Of a stretch of 64,000 bases of DNA, positions 11,401 to 22,530 are shown piece after piece; within the stretch, counting starts at the first letter, position 1, and every line of letters begins with the position of its first letter. The position numbers and the translations under genes are program-made. The DNA lies in assembly GCA_950097015.1 (NCBI GenBank), contig CATNEN010000024.1:3782001-3846000 (forward strand), read 5' to 3'. The notes beneath the pieces are model-generated. The model was not told where the DNA came from. It was given only the letters and a program-made list of their open reading frames with translations, and did no database searches. This stretch comes from Macrostomum hystrix (Eukaryota; Animalia; Platyhelminthes).

Positions 11401-14400
11401 GATGAGACACGGAAAAGATGAGACGCGGAAAAGATAAGACACGGGGAGAGATGAGACACGGGAGAGATGAGACACGGAAAAGATGAGACGCGGAAAAGAT
11501 AAGACACGGGGAGAGATGAGACACGGAAAAAATGAGACACTGGGAGAGATGAGACATGGGGAGAGAGAAGACATGGGGAGAGATGAGACACAGGGAGAGA
11601 TGAGACACCGGGAGAGATGAGACACGGGGAGAGATGAGACACGGAAAGGATAAGACACGGGGAGAGATGAGACACGGAAAAGATGAGACGCGGAAAAGAT
11701 AAGACACGGGAGAGATGAGACACGGAAAAGATGAGACGCGGGAGACATGAGACACTGGGAGAGATGAGACATGGGGAGAGAGGAGACATGGGGAGAGAGG
11801 AGACGCGGGGAGAGATGAGACACGGAAGGGATAATATAGGGTAGAAAACCTGGGCTGGAGGTTTCTAGGTCCTGCTTTAGAATTTATTTTCCCTATTGAA
11901 GGGAATAAAGAAGACAAATATGCAAGGCAATTGAAAACTCTTGCTCGGAGTGGCAATTTGTCTTGTTTTAGCCAAATTACAGTACGAATTGCGGCTTTAT
12001 CAAGCCTGTGTAATATCGGTACATATAAAAGACACTGTGGTTTCGCATTGTAAATGATAGATTTGAAGCGTACAGTTAATTAGACACTCTATTTTGAGAC
12101 CGTGCACGCCATTGTACCCCGTCTGCCTGCACACCCCTGAAGCAGTTTATTTGCGCCTGCATCCACCAGTGGACTCCCTAATGATACCTTGCGCTTATTT
12201 ATAATTATACTTCTATATATGTCTATCTAGTGATTCTGCACATTTGGTGGGTACACACTGCGCTATTTATGATGAAGCATATCTATTCGCCTTGTTCTCT
12301 CTGCTGCTTGGCCTCCCTTTACCATTCTCGCCAGCCAAAAACTGTCCAGAGGGCCTGAAATCTGTTGACGTGCACTTTCCTACTTCTTATCTCCTATCTT
12401 ACTTCTAGCCTTCTTCCTACTCTTATCTATCTACTCAATCAGCGCTGCTGTCTAGTCTGATTGCCGGCCATTGTAGGAGATTGCGGGCAATGGCACATCA
12501 TTTGGTGATAGTAAACCCGCAGCCAGCGAGGAGGCAATTTTGCTCATTCCGCTGACATCTGAGCACACATACACACAGGTGTGTACATCTGCACTGGCTT
12601 TCTCATCGTCAGGCAGTGTACACTCTCACTGTGCCTTGGAGTTTGGCCCTCAAGGGCGTAAATTTCTCGACAAGCCCCCAAGCCTTCTATCCGTGGCAGT
12701 GCCCCAAATAAATGCGTCCTCGCCACAGAATAGAGCTCAAGGGACCTTGGTTCGAGAGGCAGAAGCGTTAGACTGCTCTTCCCCTCACCCCCCCCCCTAG
12801 CCTAGGAGTTGAATTCTAGATCCTATTTGGAGACAGTGCAGGGGCATAGTGCTGTATCTAACATATTGTCGCCTTACTGGATGTTGGACCAATCTATAGT
12901 TAGGCTTTATCAGGCAGAATTATTTCATAGACCTAATTTAATGCAAATCAGAGTAGAAAGCATGAACAGAATGATAGTTATCAAATGTTTTTCTCCCGTG
13001 TATCTCTGGGGTATAGTTTCTAAACTCCGGTGCTATGTGTTTCGTCTTCCCTTTGTCTGTTGTTTTCCCAACGCCTTCTGTTTCGTCTTCTGGCCTGTTT
13101 CTTTTTATATATCGGAATCGATCATTTGGCCAATTTGCTCTCGGTCCAATTCTAAATCTGTTCGAGATTGCTCTCTATATAGGAAAGGATTTGCAATTCG
13201 TCTGCGCTGCAGTCCTTTCCTTTTCCTATTTTCTAAGAGCAAATCTAATAATTAGTTCGCCTAGGCTTCCCTTCGTGGGTTCCCCAAACTCCATCCTATG
13301 CTTTATATATATTTTTCTTTTCACTATTTCACAGAGGTTGTAGACTAGTGGTTAGGGCGTCGGACTCACGACTTTAAGGTCGGGGGTTCGATTCCCGACT
13401 CCACTGAAACAATTTGTGTCCTTTAGCAAGACACTAAACTCTGCATTGCTTCAGTTCTCCCAGCTGTTAAAATGGGTACCAGCATTAGCTGGGATAATTG
13501 AAGGTTGGGTGTGGCGTCCCCCCAGTCCGTGGACTGAACAGCTGTACGCAGTCTACAGATGCGCCGCGCAATAGCTGCGGCTGTGCTGTCGGCTGCACAT
13601 CTGGCCCGATTGGGACACACCCAATTGCTCAGCGCTTCTAAAGGCAGTGTACGAATGTTCAGTCCGTGGACTGGGGACTAAAAAAATTTCTACACCGGCT
13701 AATGCTGAGTATACTCATTCTGCAGCTGGGTAAACTGAAGCACATCCATCGAAACTCTTCCGCCACATTTTATGCAAAGCATGTAAACGAAACCAAAAGA
13801 GAAAGAAAGCAGGATTAGGCGGCAAGAAGTTAAAAAGAAGGTCTGTTTCCACTCTGTCGCGTTCTTCTTCTTGTTTTTCCTTTCTTGTGCTGACCGTGTT
13901 ATTTTTGCCTGTCTTTCTTCGCACAGCTTCACAAATGGACGGACAGTGGCGAAGCTTTAAAAAATGTTTCAATGCGCAAAAAAAGAAGAGGTATCCAAAG
14001 GTTTCAAAAACTTGGCAGTGAGAATAAAAAAGTCAATTTGGGCTGGTGGGATGAGGGAAATGAACTGACCGACCGGGCTAAGCTGCTGCTTTCGAGGGAT
14101 CGAAATGAGGATTCTTTTGCCTCTAGGCTAATACCCATCTAGCCCTCACTGTCCCCATCACATTTTGGCTTTAGGGTGGGGGGGAAGGCAGTATAGTGAC
14201 GATGCCTCCCTTATTCAGTCTGTCTGTCAGTTGGCAACACGGTCGAGACTGAGAGAGATTTGTCAAGGAATTTCAGACCGATACAAAATAGATACTGAAA
14301 CTTAGGTTTAGAATTGAGAGCTTCTATCTAGTAGAATGCCTAGTGCACTACCAAATTTTGGTCCGCTTTTTTTGGATTAAACAACCCCGGCACCATTCTA

Positions 14401-17400
14401 TCCATCGTTAAATATAGTTCGCCGTTTTCAATTTTGTTATTAAAAAAGACTTCCTCTCGGTCTAACCAATCATTGGGATTCAATAATTCAAGCTGAAGCT
14501 GATATTCCCTGACGACGATGACTGCTTAGTATCTCATTCTATTTTCCTATTCCAGTAGGTCTACTCACTTAACTCGCATGAAAACCAGATATTGAGCCTA
14601 CTTGTATAGTCGCGGTTTCGAAAGCACACTCGACTGACTGCAAATGGAGAATGATGAGTGTGCGCAAGTTGTGGAATTCGCCTGTGGCTATTTTTTCTTC
14701 CCCTCTCTGCGGCCTCTCTATTTCTGCCTTGAGCCTCTCCGCTTCAGCAGCTCCTCCTTCCTTCGGCTAAAGCCTCCAGGTAGCTGGGCCATCGCCTTTG
14801 CCTGCCTGCGGGTGAGGGGCGGCGAGCCGGCGTGGTTGTTTTGGACGAGAAAAAAAGTAGAGAGAAAAATAGGGATGAGCAGCGAGTGGCGCGGTTGTAC
14901 TTTACAGTGCCCATCCTCCTCCTCCTCCTCCCCCTCTTGTCACGTGCCGCAATCTCCCCCCACCACCTCAAATGGCCTCTTCAGTAGCAGCGCCTCGTCC
15001 TACTGCTCCATCCTGCTCAGTCCTGTCCCCCAATTCTCTTTGCTCAGCCAGATCCACCCCCTCCTAATTCCTCAAGGCTGCGCTCTGATAGACTGGGGAT
15101 TTGAGGCCAGTGTGAGCAAAGAGGATAGAATGAAACAAGCGAGAGTGTGTTGCGATACGGAAACTGCAGCAAGGAGGGGAGGTGGCTGGAGGCGGGGAAC
15201 TTGCCACTTTTCGATCCCAGACTGCTGTGATTGGCTAGTTTAGTGTGGGGAACAGCTGACGGCCTTGACGTTCCCAATCCTCAGCGCCAATAATTGAAAT
15301 TCTGTATGTATATATGTGTATTTCTCTTAGCGGGAGTTAGAGAAAGAACCCGGGAAGGGCGTTGGACCAAAACAACAACGGTCCCTCCTGCTGAGTATTG
15401 CTTTACAACAAATTATACTGGCTTTCATGTTATACCCACCCCAACTGTTCTACTGCAAGTAGAAGTAGGCGTTGGTCGAATTTTTTATTCATCAATCAAT
15501 GCACCCAAATTAAGTTATGATATGCTTCTGATTTTAATCGTTCAAACAAAAGTTTTAATGTTTTCTTACGCATTTTTGCTAATTTAACCGACTGCTTGGT
15601 ATGCAAAAATAGTTGATAACTTCACTAAAAATCCTCTTTCCCCTCCGCCTTTTCCCCAACTCCAACCTGGATTGTTCAGCTCCAAACTCGGCCATGATCA
15701 CCATTGGCATTGTCATCGCTGTTGTGGTGGTCTTCATCGTGGTCGTACTGGTTGTTGCCGTAGCTTTAAAAAGGCGCAGCTCGGCTAACAAGGCCTCGTA
15801 AGTGTTGGCATTGGCATTGGCATTTAAAATAATTACAAGTTTGACTTATTATGCATGGCTTTGATTCTTAATTTCCAAGATTGTATTAACGCACTAGAAA
15901 TGTACTGGTGTATGTGTATTCGGTTTAGCCTGTTGTCATTTTACTTTTAGTTCATAGAAAAATGATCTCATTCGCAGTTAGTTTAGTATCTACCGTACCG
16001 AAAATTAATCAGTATTATTTAGTAATTACTCGTACTAACAGACTGTGCGCATTGTCCAATTGTAAAGCTAGCTGTGTACTTTAGACAGTGGACTGAGGAC
16101 TTGCTAATGTTTATAGTACACAGCGGAGAGGTTTATTAAAATTTCATTACTTTTCCTTTCTGTGAAAAATGTATTATTTTGATTTGAGTTTTCTTTTAGT
16201 TTTAGTTCAGTTTAGTAACTTTTGGGTATCTGGTTATCAGCTTTAGTATGTAGCATAATCAGTTTAGAAAGTGGCACATTCAGTTTAGAAAGTGGCACAT
16301 TCAGTTTAGAAAGTGGCACATTCAGTTTAGAAAGTGGCACATTCAGTTTAGAAAGTGGCACATTCAGTTTAGAAGGTGGCACATTCAGTTTAGAGAGTGG
16401 CATATTTAGTTTAAAAGGTGCCAATTTTTGTTTAGAAGGTGGCACATTCAGTTTAGAAAGTGGCATATTCAGTTTAGAAAGTCGCTCTGCTTAGAGCCAC
16501 TTTCTCTGCTTAGAAAATTATTTTGGTTATGTCTCCCATATCCCCACAATGGCCTAACTGATTGCCCACTTCCAAATAAAGCCTTAAAACTCATCCAACT
16601 CGAATAGCCGACCAATCCACCGAAAACTTTTGCGCGAAACGCAATTTCAGCATCCGCGACAAGCGATACGACAAAGTGGGACAGAACGACGCGGTGAGTT
16701 TAGCTTGCAGTTTTTCCGGTTGCAAATTTTGGTTTTCTGAATTTAAAAAAAGAAATTCCTAAAGGTCTCTAAAAATCCTAAAGTATGCCTTTCACGCACT
16801 GTACTTAACTTCGCTATCAATTTTTAGCTTTATATTTATCATTAGTTTTAGCATGCATTCAGCGCAAATAAAATTTCATATCTACGTATAAACTAATGCC
16901 TGTTTATCTATCTGTTTATTTTCATTGTTTGTCTGTCTATTCTTGTGTTTTAATCGTGATTAACACCTGCGTTCTGACCTTATATTACCGATTTTAACAA
17001 ATTCAAGTTTTCCATTTTTTAATTGAGTCTACAAGAGTACTCTGTGTTTCTAAAAAACATTGAGGTGTATATAATTGTCATACTTCTAATCGTTCTCATC
17101 TATAAGTTTGTGTTGAATTTCATTATACAGATATTTATTGTTTATATATATTAGAGATTGTATCTGATTAATTATCTGTCTCACTGAACCCAAGCAGTAG
17201 TCATACACAATATTTATACATCCGTTTATATAGACACGGATGGGTAATAATAGCCATTTAAAATCCGTAGACACTATTTATCTATTGTTAAAGAATAGAC
17301 CTAGCAGACCAACAAAGAAGCTAACTAGGTTATAAAGTAAATAATCCATATAACTGAACAATTGTCCCTGTTAATCGATAATTCTTCCAGAATTATTATT

Positions 17401-17903
17401 CCTAGAAATTTTTTATTCACGAATATTCGAAATTCAGGAAAAGAGCTAGTATTTCACATAAATTCTGGTTTATGGATTGTGTAAACTCAGGATTATGTGT
17501 CCTGGAAATTCGTTTATATTGTGATTGCTTTTTTAGAAACAAATGAATTTGTAAATTCAGGATGATAAACTTTTGATTGACCAGTTGATTTTTAAGTAAC
17601 CTACAGTGACCCGTTTGTCAGCGAGTGTCGGTATGTACTTCAGTCGGATTGAGTAGAAAGCTAGATTTGTCTCTAGTAATAGACAACCATTTTTGTTTAA
17701 TAGAACGAGACAAAGACCATAATGGCTGCAGCTTGTACAATGGGGCCCTATTCGGATACGCGATTTCACACTGTGATAAAATAGCCACCCTGTCGCCATC
17801 AAGCCAGCGCGTCATCGAAATTATCCGCCCCGAAACCGTTCACTGGCAGGAGCGCCGAGCAGCCGGCCGCAAACTGGACGACATGCCCTCAACGGCAGTC
17901 TGA
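2456..17903 (+). CDS. Immunoglobulin-superfamily cell-adhesion protein (3 Ig domains, S/T stalk, one TM helix, short tail ending STAV); nectin/SynCAM/Fasciclin-3-like architecture; signal-peptide exon not located
   Basis: Phase-consistent exons: 2456-3169 (Ig1 with DQTAGDYQC, Ig2 with CEAEPARP..CSVYNGFG), 3793-4077 (Ig3, CSLANNP..TCG), candidate cassette exons 5616-5636 and 6087-6164, TM exon 15680-15797 (ITIGIVIAVVVVFIVVVLVVAVAL-KRR), last exon 17804-17903. All have AG/GT boundaries; phases 1-1, 1-1, 1-2, 2-stop; AATAAA at ~18095. Confidence 0.8.
3276..3720. repeat. Minisatellite, 23-bp unit (GACATCCTTCTGTACAGCCTCCT), in Ig-gene intron
   Basis: About 19 tandem units read directly. Confidence 0.9.
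7300..7420 (+). mobile_element. CORE-SINE fragment
   Basis: TGTCCTTAAGAAAGACGCTT..CTGTGAAATGGGTACCAGCATTAGCTGG..GTCCACGGACTGA. Confidence 0.55.
8320..9228. repeat. Minisatellite, 20-bp units (AGTTCATTAGATAGGTTGGT and variants) with higher-order pattern
   Basis: About 45 units; three variants recur in ordered 40/60-bp blocks. Confidence 0.9.
11078..11825. repeat. Minisatellite, 16-17-bp unit (GAGACACGGGGAGAGAT / GAGACACGGAAAAGAT)
   Basis: Tandem array read directly; explains the three overlapping minus-strand ORFs. Confidence 0.9.
12470..12797 (-). mobile_element. tRNA-derived SINE family A, full length
   Basis: Same consensus as the copies at 29638, 31119, 43058, 46225 and 60784; G-rich 5' end with A/B-box-like head. 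Confidence 0.8.
13334..13688 (+). mobile_element. tRNA-derived CORE-SINE (MIR-like central domain), most complete copy
   Basis: A box TAGTGGTTAG and B box GGTTCGATTCC, then TGTGTCCTTTAGCAAGACACTAAACTCTGCATTGCTTCAGTTCTCCCAGCTGTTAAAATGGG, collinear with the CORE consensus as I recall it; A-rich end. Confidence 0.75.
16258..16482. repeat. Minisatellite, 21-bp unit (TTCAGTTTAGAAAGTGGCACA)
   Basis: About 10 units. Confidence 0.9.
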
Positions 17904-19145
17904 TAGCTGAGCTAAGGACAAGCTAACCATAGGGGCATGATAGATTTAGCTCACTCAAAAAAGTTAGTTTCAGTAGTTGCAGCTGCCGTAAGGACTTATT
18001 GGAATCTGATAAAAGCAGTAAATTTTAGCAATTCGCTTTCTATCCGTTGTCGAATCGGCTTACTCAATAACTATGGTTTTTTTTAAATTGGCGCCAATAA
18101 AGTATACCAAAATATACGGAATTGGCGCCAATTAGAAATCAAACAGAAACGAGATACAAAATGCGTTATATAGAGAATGATAAATTGCACTCACTTTCTC
18201 TCACTTTTATCTGTTTCCTAGAATAATATGACTTTATTTTCTACACAAAATCTTTATCAATATATATATTTATTATTTTATAATTAGTATGCACTTGCAG
18301 TGCTTGTCACTTACTCCGCATACAATTATTTATTACTCGTAAATACATTACGAAATTATATTTTTAAATGAGATACTACTCCGAAAATTCTTACAGTTTT
18401 CTTTTCCATTAGACATAACTATATTTTATTTACTAATACCATTGCAATCCAAAGTCATATTTTAATAGGGCCAAGTTATTGCAATTCTGGTTAAAGACAG
18501 TATAGACCGGGAATGTCTATGGTCTAACTCTATTTGGACTATGCATTACAATTATATATATATTTATCTATAATATCTATAGATTCTCCATGTGTACACC
18601 ATTTCAACTGCATCTCCTTATCAGTAATGTTCACTATTCTTATTCTCTATTAAAATAAGTTGAGATGTAGGTCCATGACCAACTTTAGTCAGATGCAACT
18701 GTCAATCTCGTAGAATAACAAAACTATTTAGTGCATCACAAATCAGTGATAAATATAATAGCTAAATGTGGGCATACAAACAGATAGGCAGAATTAGTTA
18801 CGAAGTCAACTGACAAGAAATAAAAGCTTTGACAGGTAGGCGCTGTGTTTTACCGTGCTTAATTATTTTATATAGAAGCAGCATAGAACACAGACTGAAT
18901 TTTTGTCAATTAATCAGCCTCTATTAGTGTCGTTTACTGTGCTAGATACTAGATAATGTTTACGTCTGCATGCCGGCGAAAATGAATGTTTACTGTCTGC
19001 TCTCGGCTCTTTTTAACGACTTATTTTATTTTTTTCTGAATGTTTGGATTCTTAATGCAAATTTAAATTTACTTTTTTCATCTGTTTTGTGCTTTTAGTT
19101 AAGACGGGTGAGTTTTACCAGTTTCATTTTATCATTATTTCGTGA

Positions 19146-19647
19146 CCTCAGTATTCCTGAAATTCGGCATCTCAGTATTCCTGAATCTCGGTATTCCTGA
19201 AATTCGGGATCTCAGTATTCCTGAAATTCAGGATCTCAGTATTCCTGAAATTCGGGATCTCAGTATTCCTGAAATTCGGGATCTCAGTATTCCTGAAATT
19301 CGGGATCTCAGTATTCCTGAAATTCGTGATCTCATTATTCCTGACATTCGGGATCTCAGTATTCCTGAAATTCGGGATCTCAGTATTCCTGGAATTCAGG
19401 ATCTCAGTATTCCTGAAATTCAGGATCTCAGTATTCCTGAAATTCAGGATCTCAGTATTCCTGAAATTCAGGATCTCAGTATTTCTGAAATTCGGGATCT
19501 CAGTATTCCTGAAATTCAGGATCTCAGTATTCCTGAAATTCAGGATCTCAGTATTCCTGAAATTCAGGATCTCAGTATTCCTGAAATTCGGGATCTCAGT
19601 ATTCCTGAAATTCAGGATCTCAGTATTCCTGAAATTCGGGATCTCAC
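19146..19647. repeat. Minisatellite, 24-bp unit (CTCAGTATTCCTGAAATTCRGGAT)
   Basis: About 21 units; produces the LSIPEIRD repeat ORF. Confidence 0.92.
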
Positions 19648-22369
19648 TACTTCAGAATTTTCGCATTTCCCCCTGAACGAAAATTATCGCTTCTGAACTT
19701 CAGATCCTCTTTGACTACGTTGTGCAGATTTTGTACGAGAGTACTTTATAGTTATATGTTTCTCAAGAAAGACAGTGACATTAAAAATGTGTTTTTTAAT
19801 TACCTGTCATTGTGTGGTCGACAATGTGCCAGTAAAGCTTATTCAAAAAATATGCCTATATAAGAGAAATTCAATTTCTCTTTTTTCAATTTGTTAATTT
19901 TTTTTGTAGAAGCAATTATTTTAGGTAAAGACAAATTTTTAATTTGGGATGGCACGACTAACAATAAGTAATAAATCATTACTTTGCAACGCCTGCCATC
20001 AATATCTATTATCCATATGCTACTTGAAAAATCCTATCAATATACTATTTTTAGAAAGAATTTTTCAAAACGGTCAAACTAAATTTAGCGTGCCCAGGTC
20101 GACCCAAGGCACTTGCCATAGGCAGATACAGAATAACAAAACATTGAGAGAAAAAGGCTAGAGAGTACTGATTTCGCAACCCCGGTTCCATGTAATGGGA
20201 GTAAATCGCTCACATCCGTTTGGGAGAGCTGTCAATCAGTAAAGTTTTATTCTAAACCAAAATATAAATAATTTTTTCCTAGCACAATCCTTTTCCGCCG
20301 TCATTACCAGAACCGGCTATGAATATAATCATTTATTTGCCTGAGAAACATTTTATAGCTGAATGCTTGCAGCGCTACCTACAGTAGTCAGTGTTAACGC
20401 GATTCGTTTTTTGTTTTTCTTATTTCTTTGTGGAGTGTTTCACCGATTTAATAAACAACCCCGAAAACTGTTGCATCCGCAGGACACATACGAGGCTAAT
20501 GTGTCGGGCAAAAAACCTGTCACTGTTCAAGTTGACAACTATGACACTCATCAGGTTTAATCGGCAATCTGCAATGTTTTGCTTGTGTAATTGATTCATC
20601 ATTGACTCATTTTGGCGTGACTAGTAATTAAATCATGGATAGAGCCACTCCGGTTTCCATATGAACAGAACTGTCAGTTTCCGCTACACGTTATAGCTCT
20701 ATTAGCCTCCGCTGTTTGTCTTTAATAAATAAATTTCTCAATTCATCTGGCAGCAAAGTTTTTCTGTTTAATTTCAATGAGTAGATTTTTAATGGTCAAG
20801 CGAAACTATACATGGATTTGGGCGTTCCTTATTTTGCCTGTGTGATCGTTTTTTGTTTCGCTTTGTTTTTTTATCAACTTTAATTAAAAATACATACATA
20901 TACATATATATATATATATATATATCTGTGTGTGTTTTGTACCCGACCTAGTCTTGTTATTAAGTTTTCGCTTGTGTGTATTTGTTTGCTTTTACTGTAC
21001 TCTCTGGACTTTGCTTAACATTACTGACTAGTGTTTGTTTCTCGCCTGCATCATGAACGCGTATTTTATTTGAAATCCTATTTTTCTATTTGAAAATTTA
21101 AAACCTAATTAGAAGATTTGTTGTTGTGCTCAGTTTGAGCACAAGATTCTTACACTATGCGTTATTTTAGAAAATAACGGATGAACAAAGCGCACGCTTT
21201 TGCAGCAATGCCGCATAATTATCTCTCACCTACAATATATTATGCTGCTGCTGCTGCTGTTTCTGCCGCCGCATTTTTGTTTCCCCCTTAGTTAGTCTTA
21301 TATGCCTGTGTGTGTACGAGCTACTGGAGTGAAAAAATTATAATTATTTATTTCCAGTCTTCAGTTCTACTAACACAGGCACATAATATTTATTTTTCAA
21401 ACTAATTTCCTCGTTAACATGCCGATACACCGACACAAACTGTTTTACGATCGATCTAATTAATCTACCCATTGAAAATTTAACATTTTCTATGCAAAGC
21501 TAAAGCTTCTTAATTGTGTACATATATCGGCCCAAGATGACATTTTCATTTTCTTGTTGTTGTAAATGCCGCTTACGCATTAGCCATAGCAGGGCCAGCA
21601 AGGCTCTTAGACCATTGCATAAACTCTTTTGTTTTTAAACATTTTTATACTCTTCCTTCGATTATAAAGTTTAAAATTTTATCCGAGATCTTTTTTTCTT
21701 AGAAAGAAAATGTAATAAAGCAAACAGACAAGAAAGAAGTGAGATTTTAGCTGCTTACTATCGCTACCTCTCAGACAGTACTTTATCGCCCCAACTCTCT
21801 GTGGTATCGACTGTACTTATTGAGTTAGCTGACTAAACTCAGGTCTCAATTCTGTATTAGTTTATCAAACTATCCGTTAAACTGAACTTAACTATCCGTT
21901 AACCTTTTTTATATTGTCTCACGTTTTAGTGCACCCTGTCTGCTATTAATATACTTTTCTTTAAATAAGACGCATTGCAAACGCCTAGGTCTTGTCCGAT
22001 TTAAAAATAGACTCTTTTTAGTTTTTTTTTATAAATGTCCCCAAATATTTAACGGACGATGCCTACTTATCTACAATGCACATCTTAGTATACTCGCTAC
22101 AACTCACTCTGTATTGTATTGTCACTGTCTATACCGAAAAAGACATTTCGTTCCAGCTAATTAAAACTGAAAATATAACAGTTTGTTTTCCGTGTTGTCC
22201 GTTTCGCTAAATGAAAGTGTTTTGTTTTGCTCTTAATGCAATTTATTTTCACCTATTCGGTGCATTCCGCTGAAACCTACAACGTTATGGAGATATTTAC
22301 GCAGGAATTTAATTAAAAGCCAAATATTTGAACTCAGGGTGGTCCCGAGTTAAAAGACTTTCCGCTCCG

Positions 22370-22530
22370 AGCCATTTTGCCGCCCGTTTTTATATACCAA
22401 CGGGAAATTTTCCTCTTTCCTGTGAAATTTTTTTGACAGCGCCTGAATGTTAACAGCGTTGGGTTTTGACATGGTGTCATGTGGTTGAGCTGCACCTAAT
22501 ATTTAGGCTTGATCAGTGAGATTTGAAAAA
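22370..22530 (+). repeat. Dispersed repeat, copy 1 (unclassified)
   Basis: GCCATTTTGCCGCCCGTTT..AACAGCGTTGGG..GAGCTGCACCTAATATTTAGGCTTGATCAGTGA recurs at 63825-64000. Confidence 0.6.

Noticed and set aside
13342-13405. tRNA genes at SINE heads (also 29640-29715, 46425-46495, 60785-60855)
   Set aside because: A and B boxes are present, but acceptor and anticodon stems do not pair and each continues into a SINE body.
14644-15243. 199-aa ORF in a GC-richer patch of the Ig-gene intron
   Set aside because: Composition is driven by TCC repeats, with no domain or convincing splice boundaries. It could be regulatory or element-derived.
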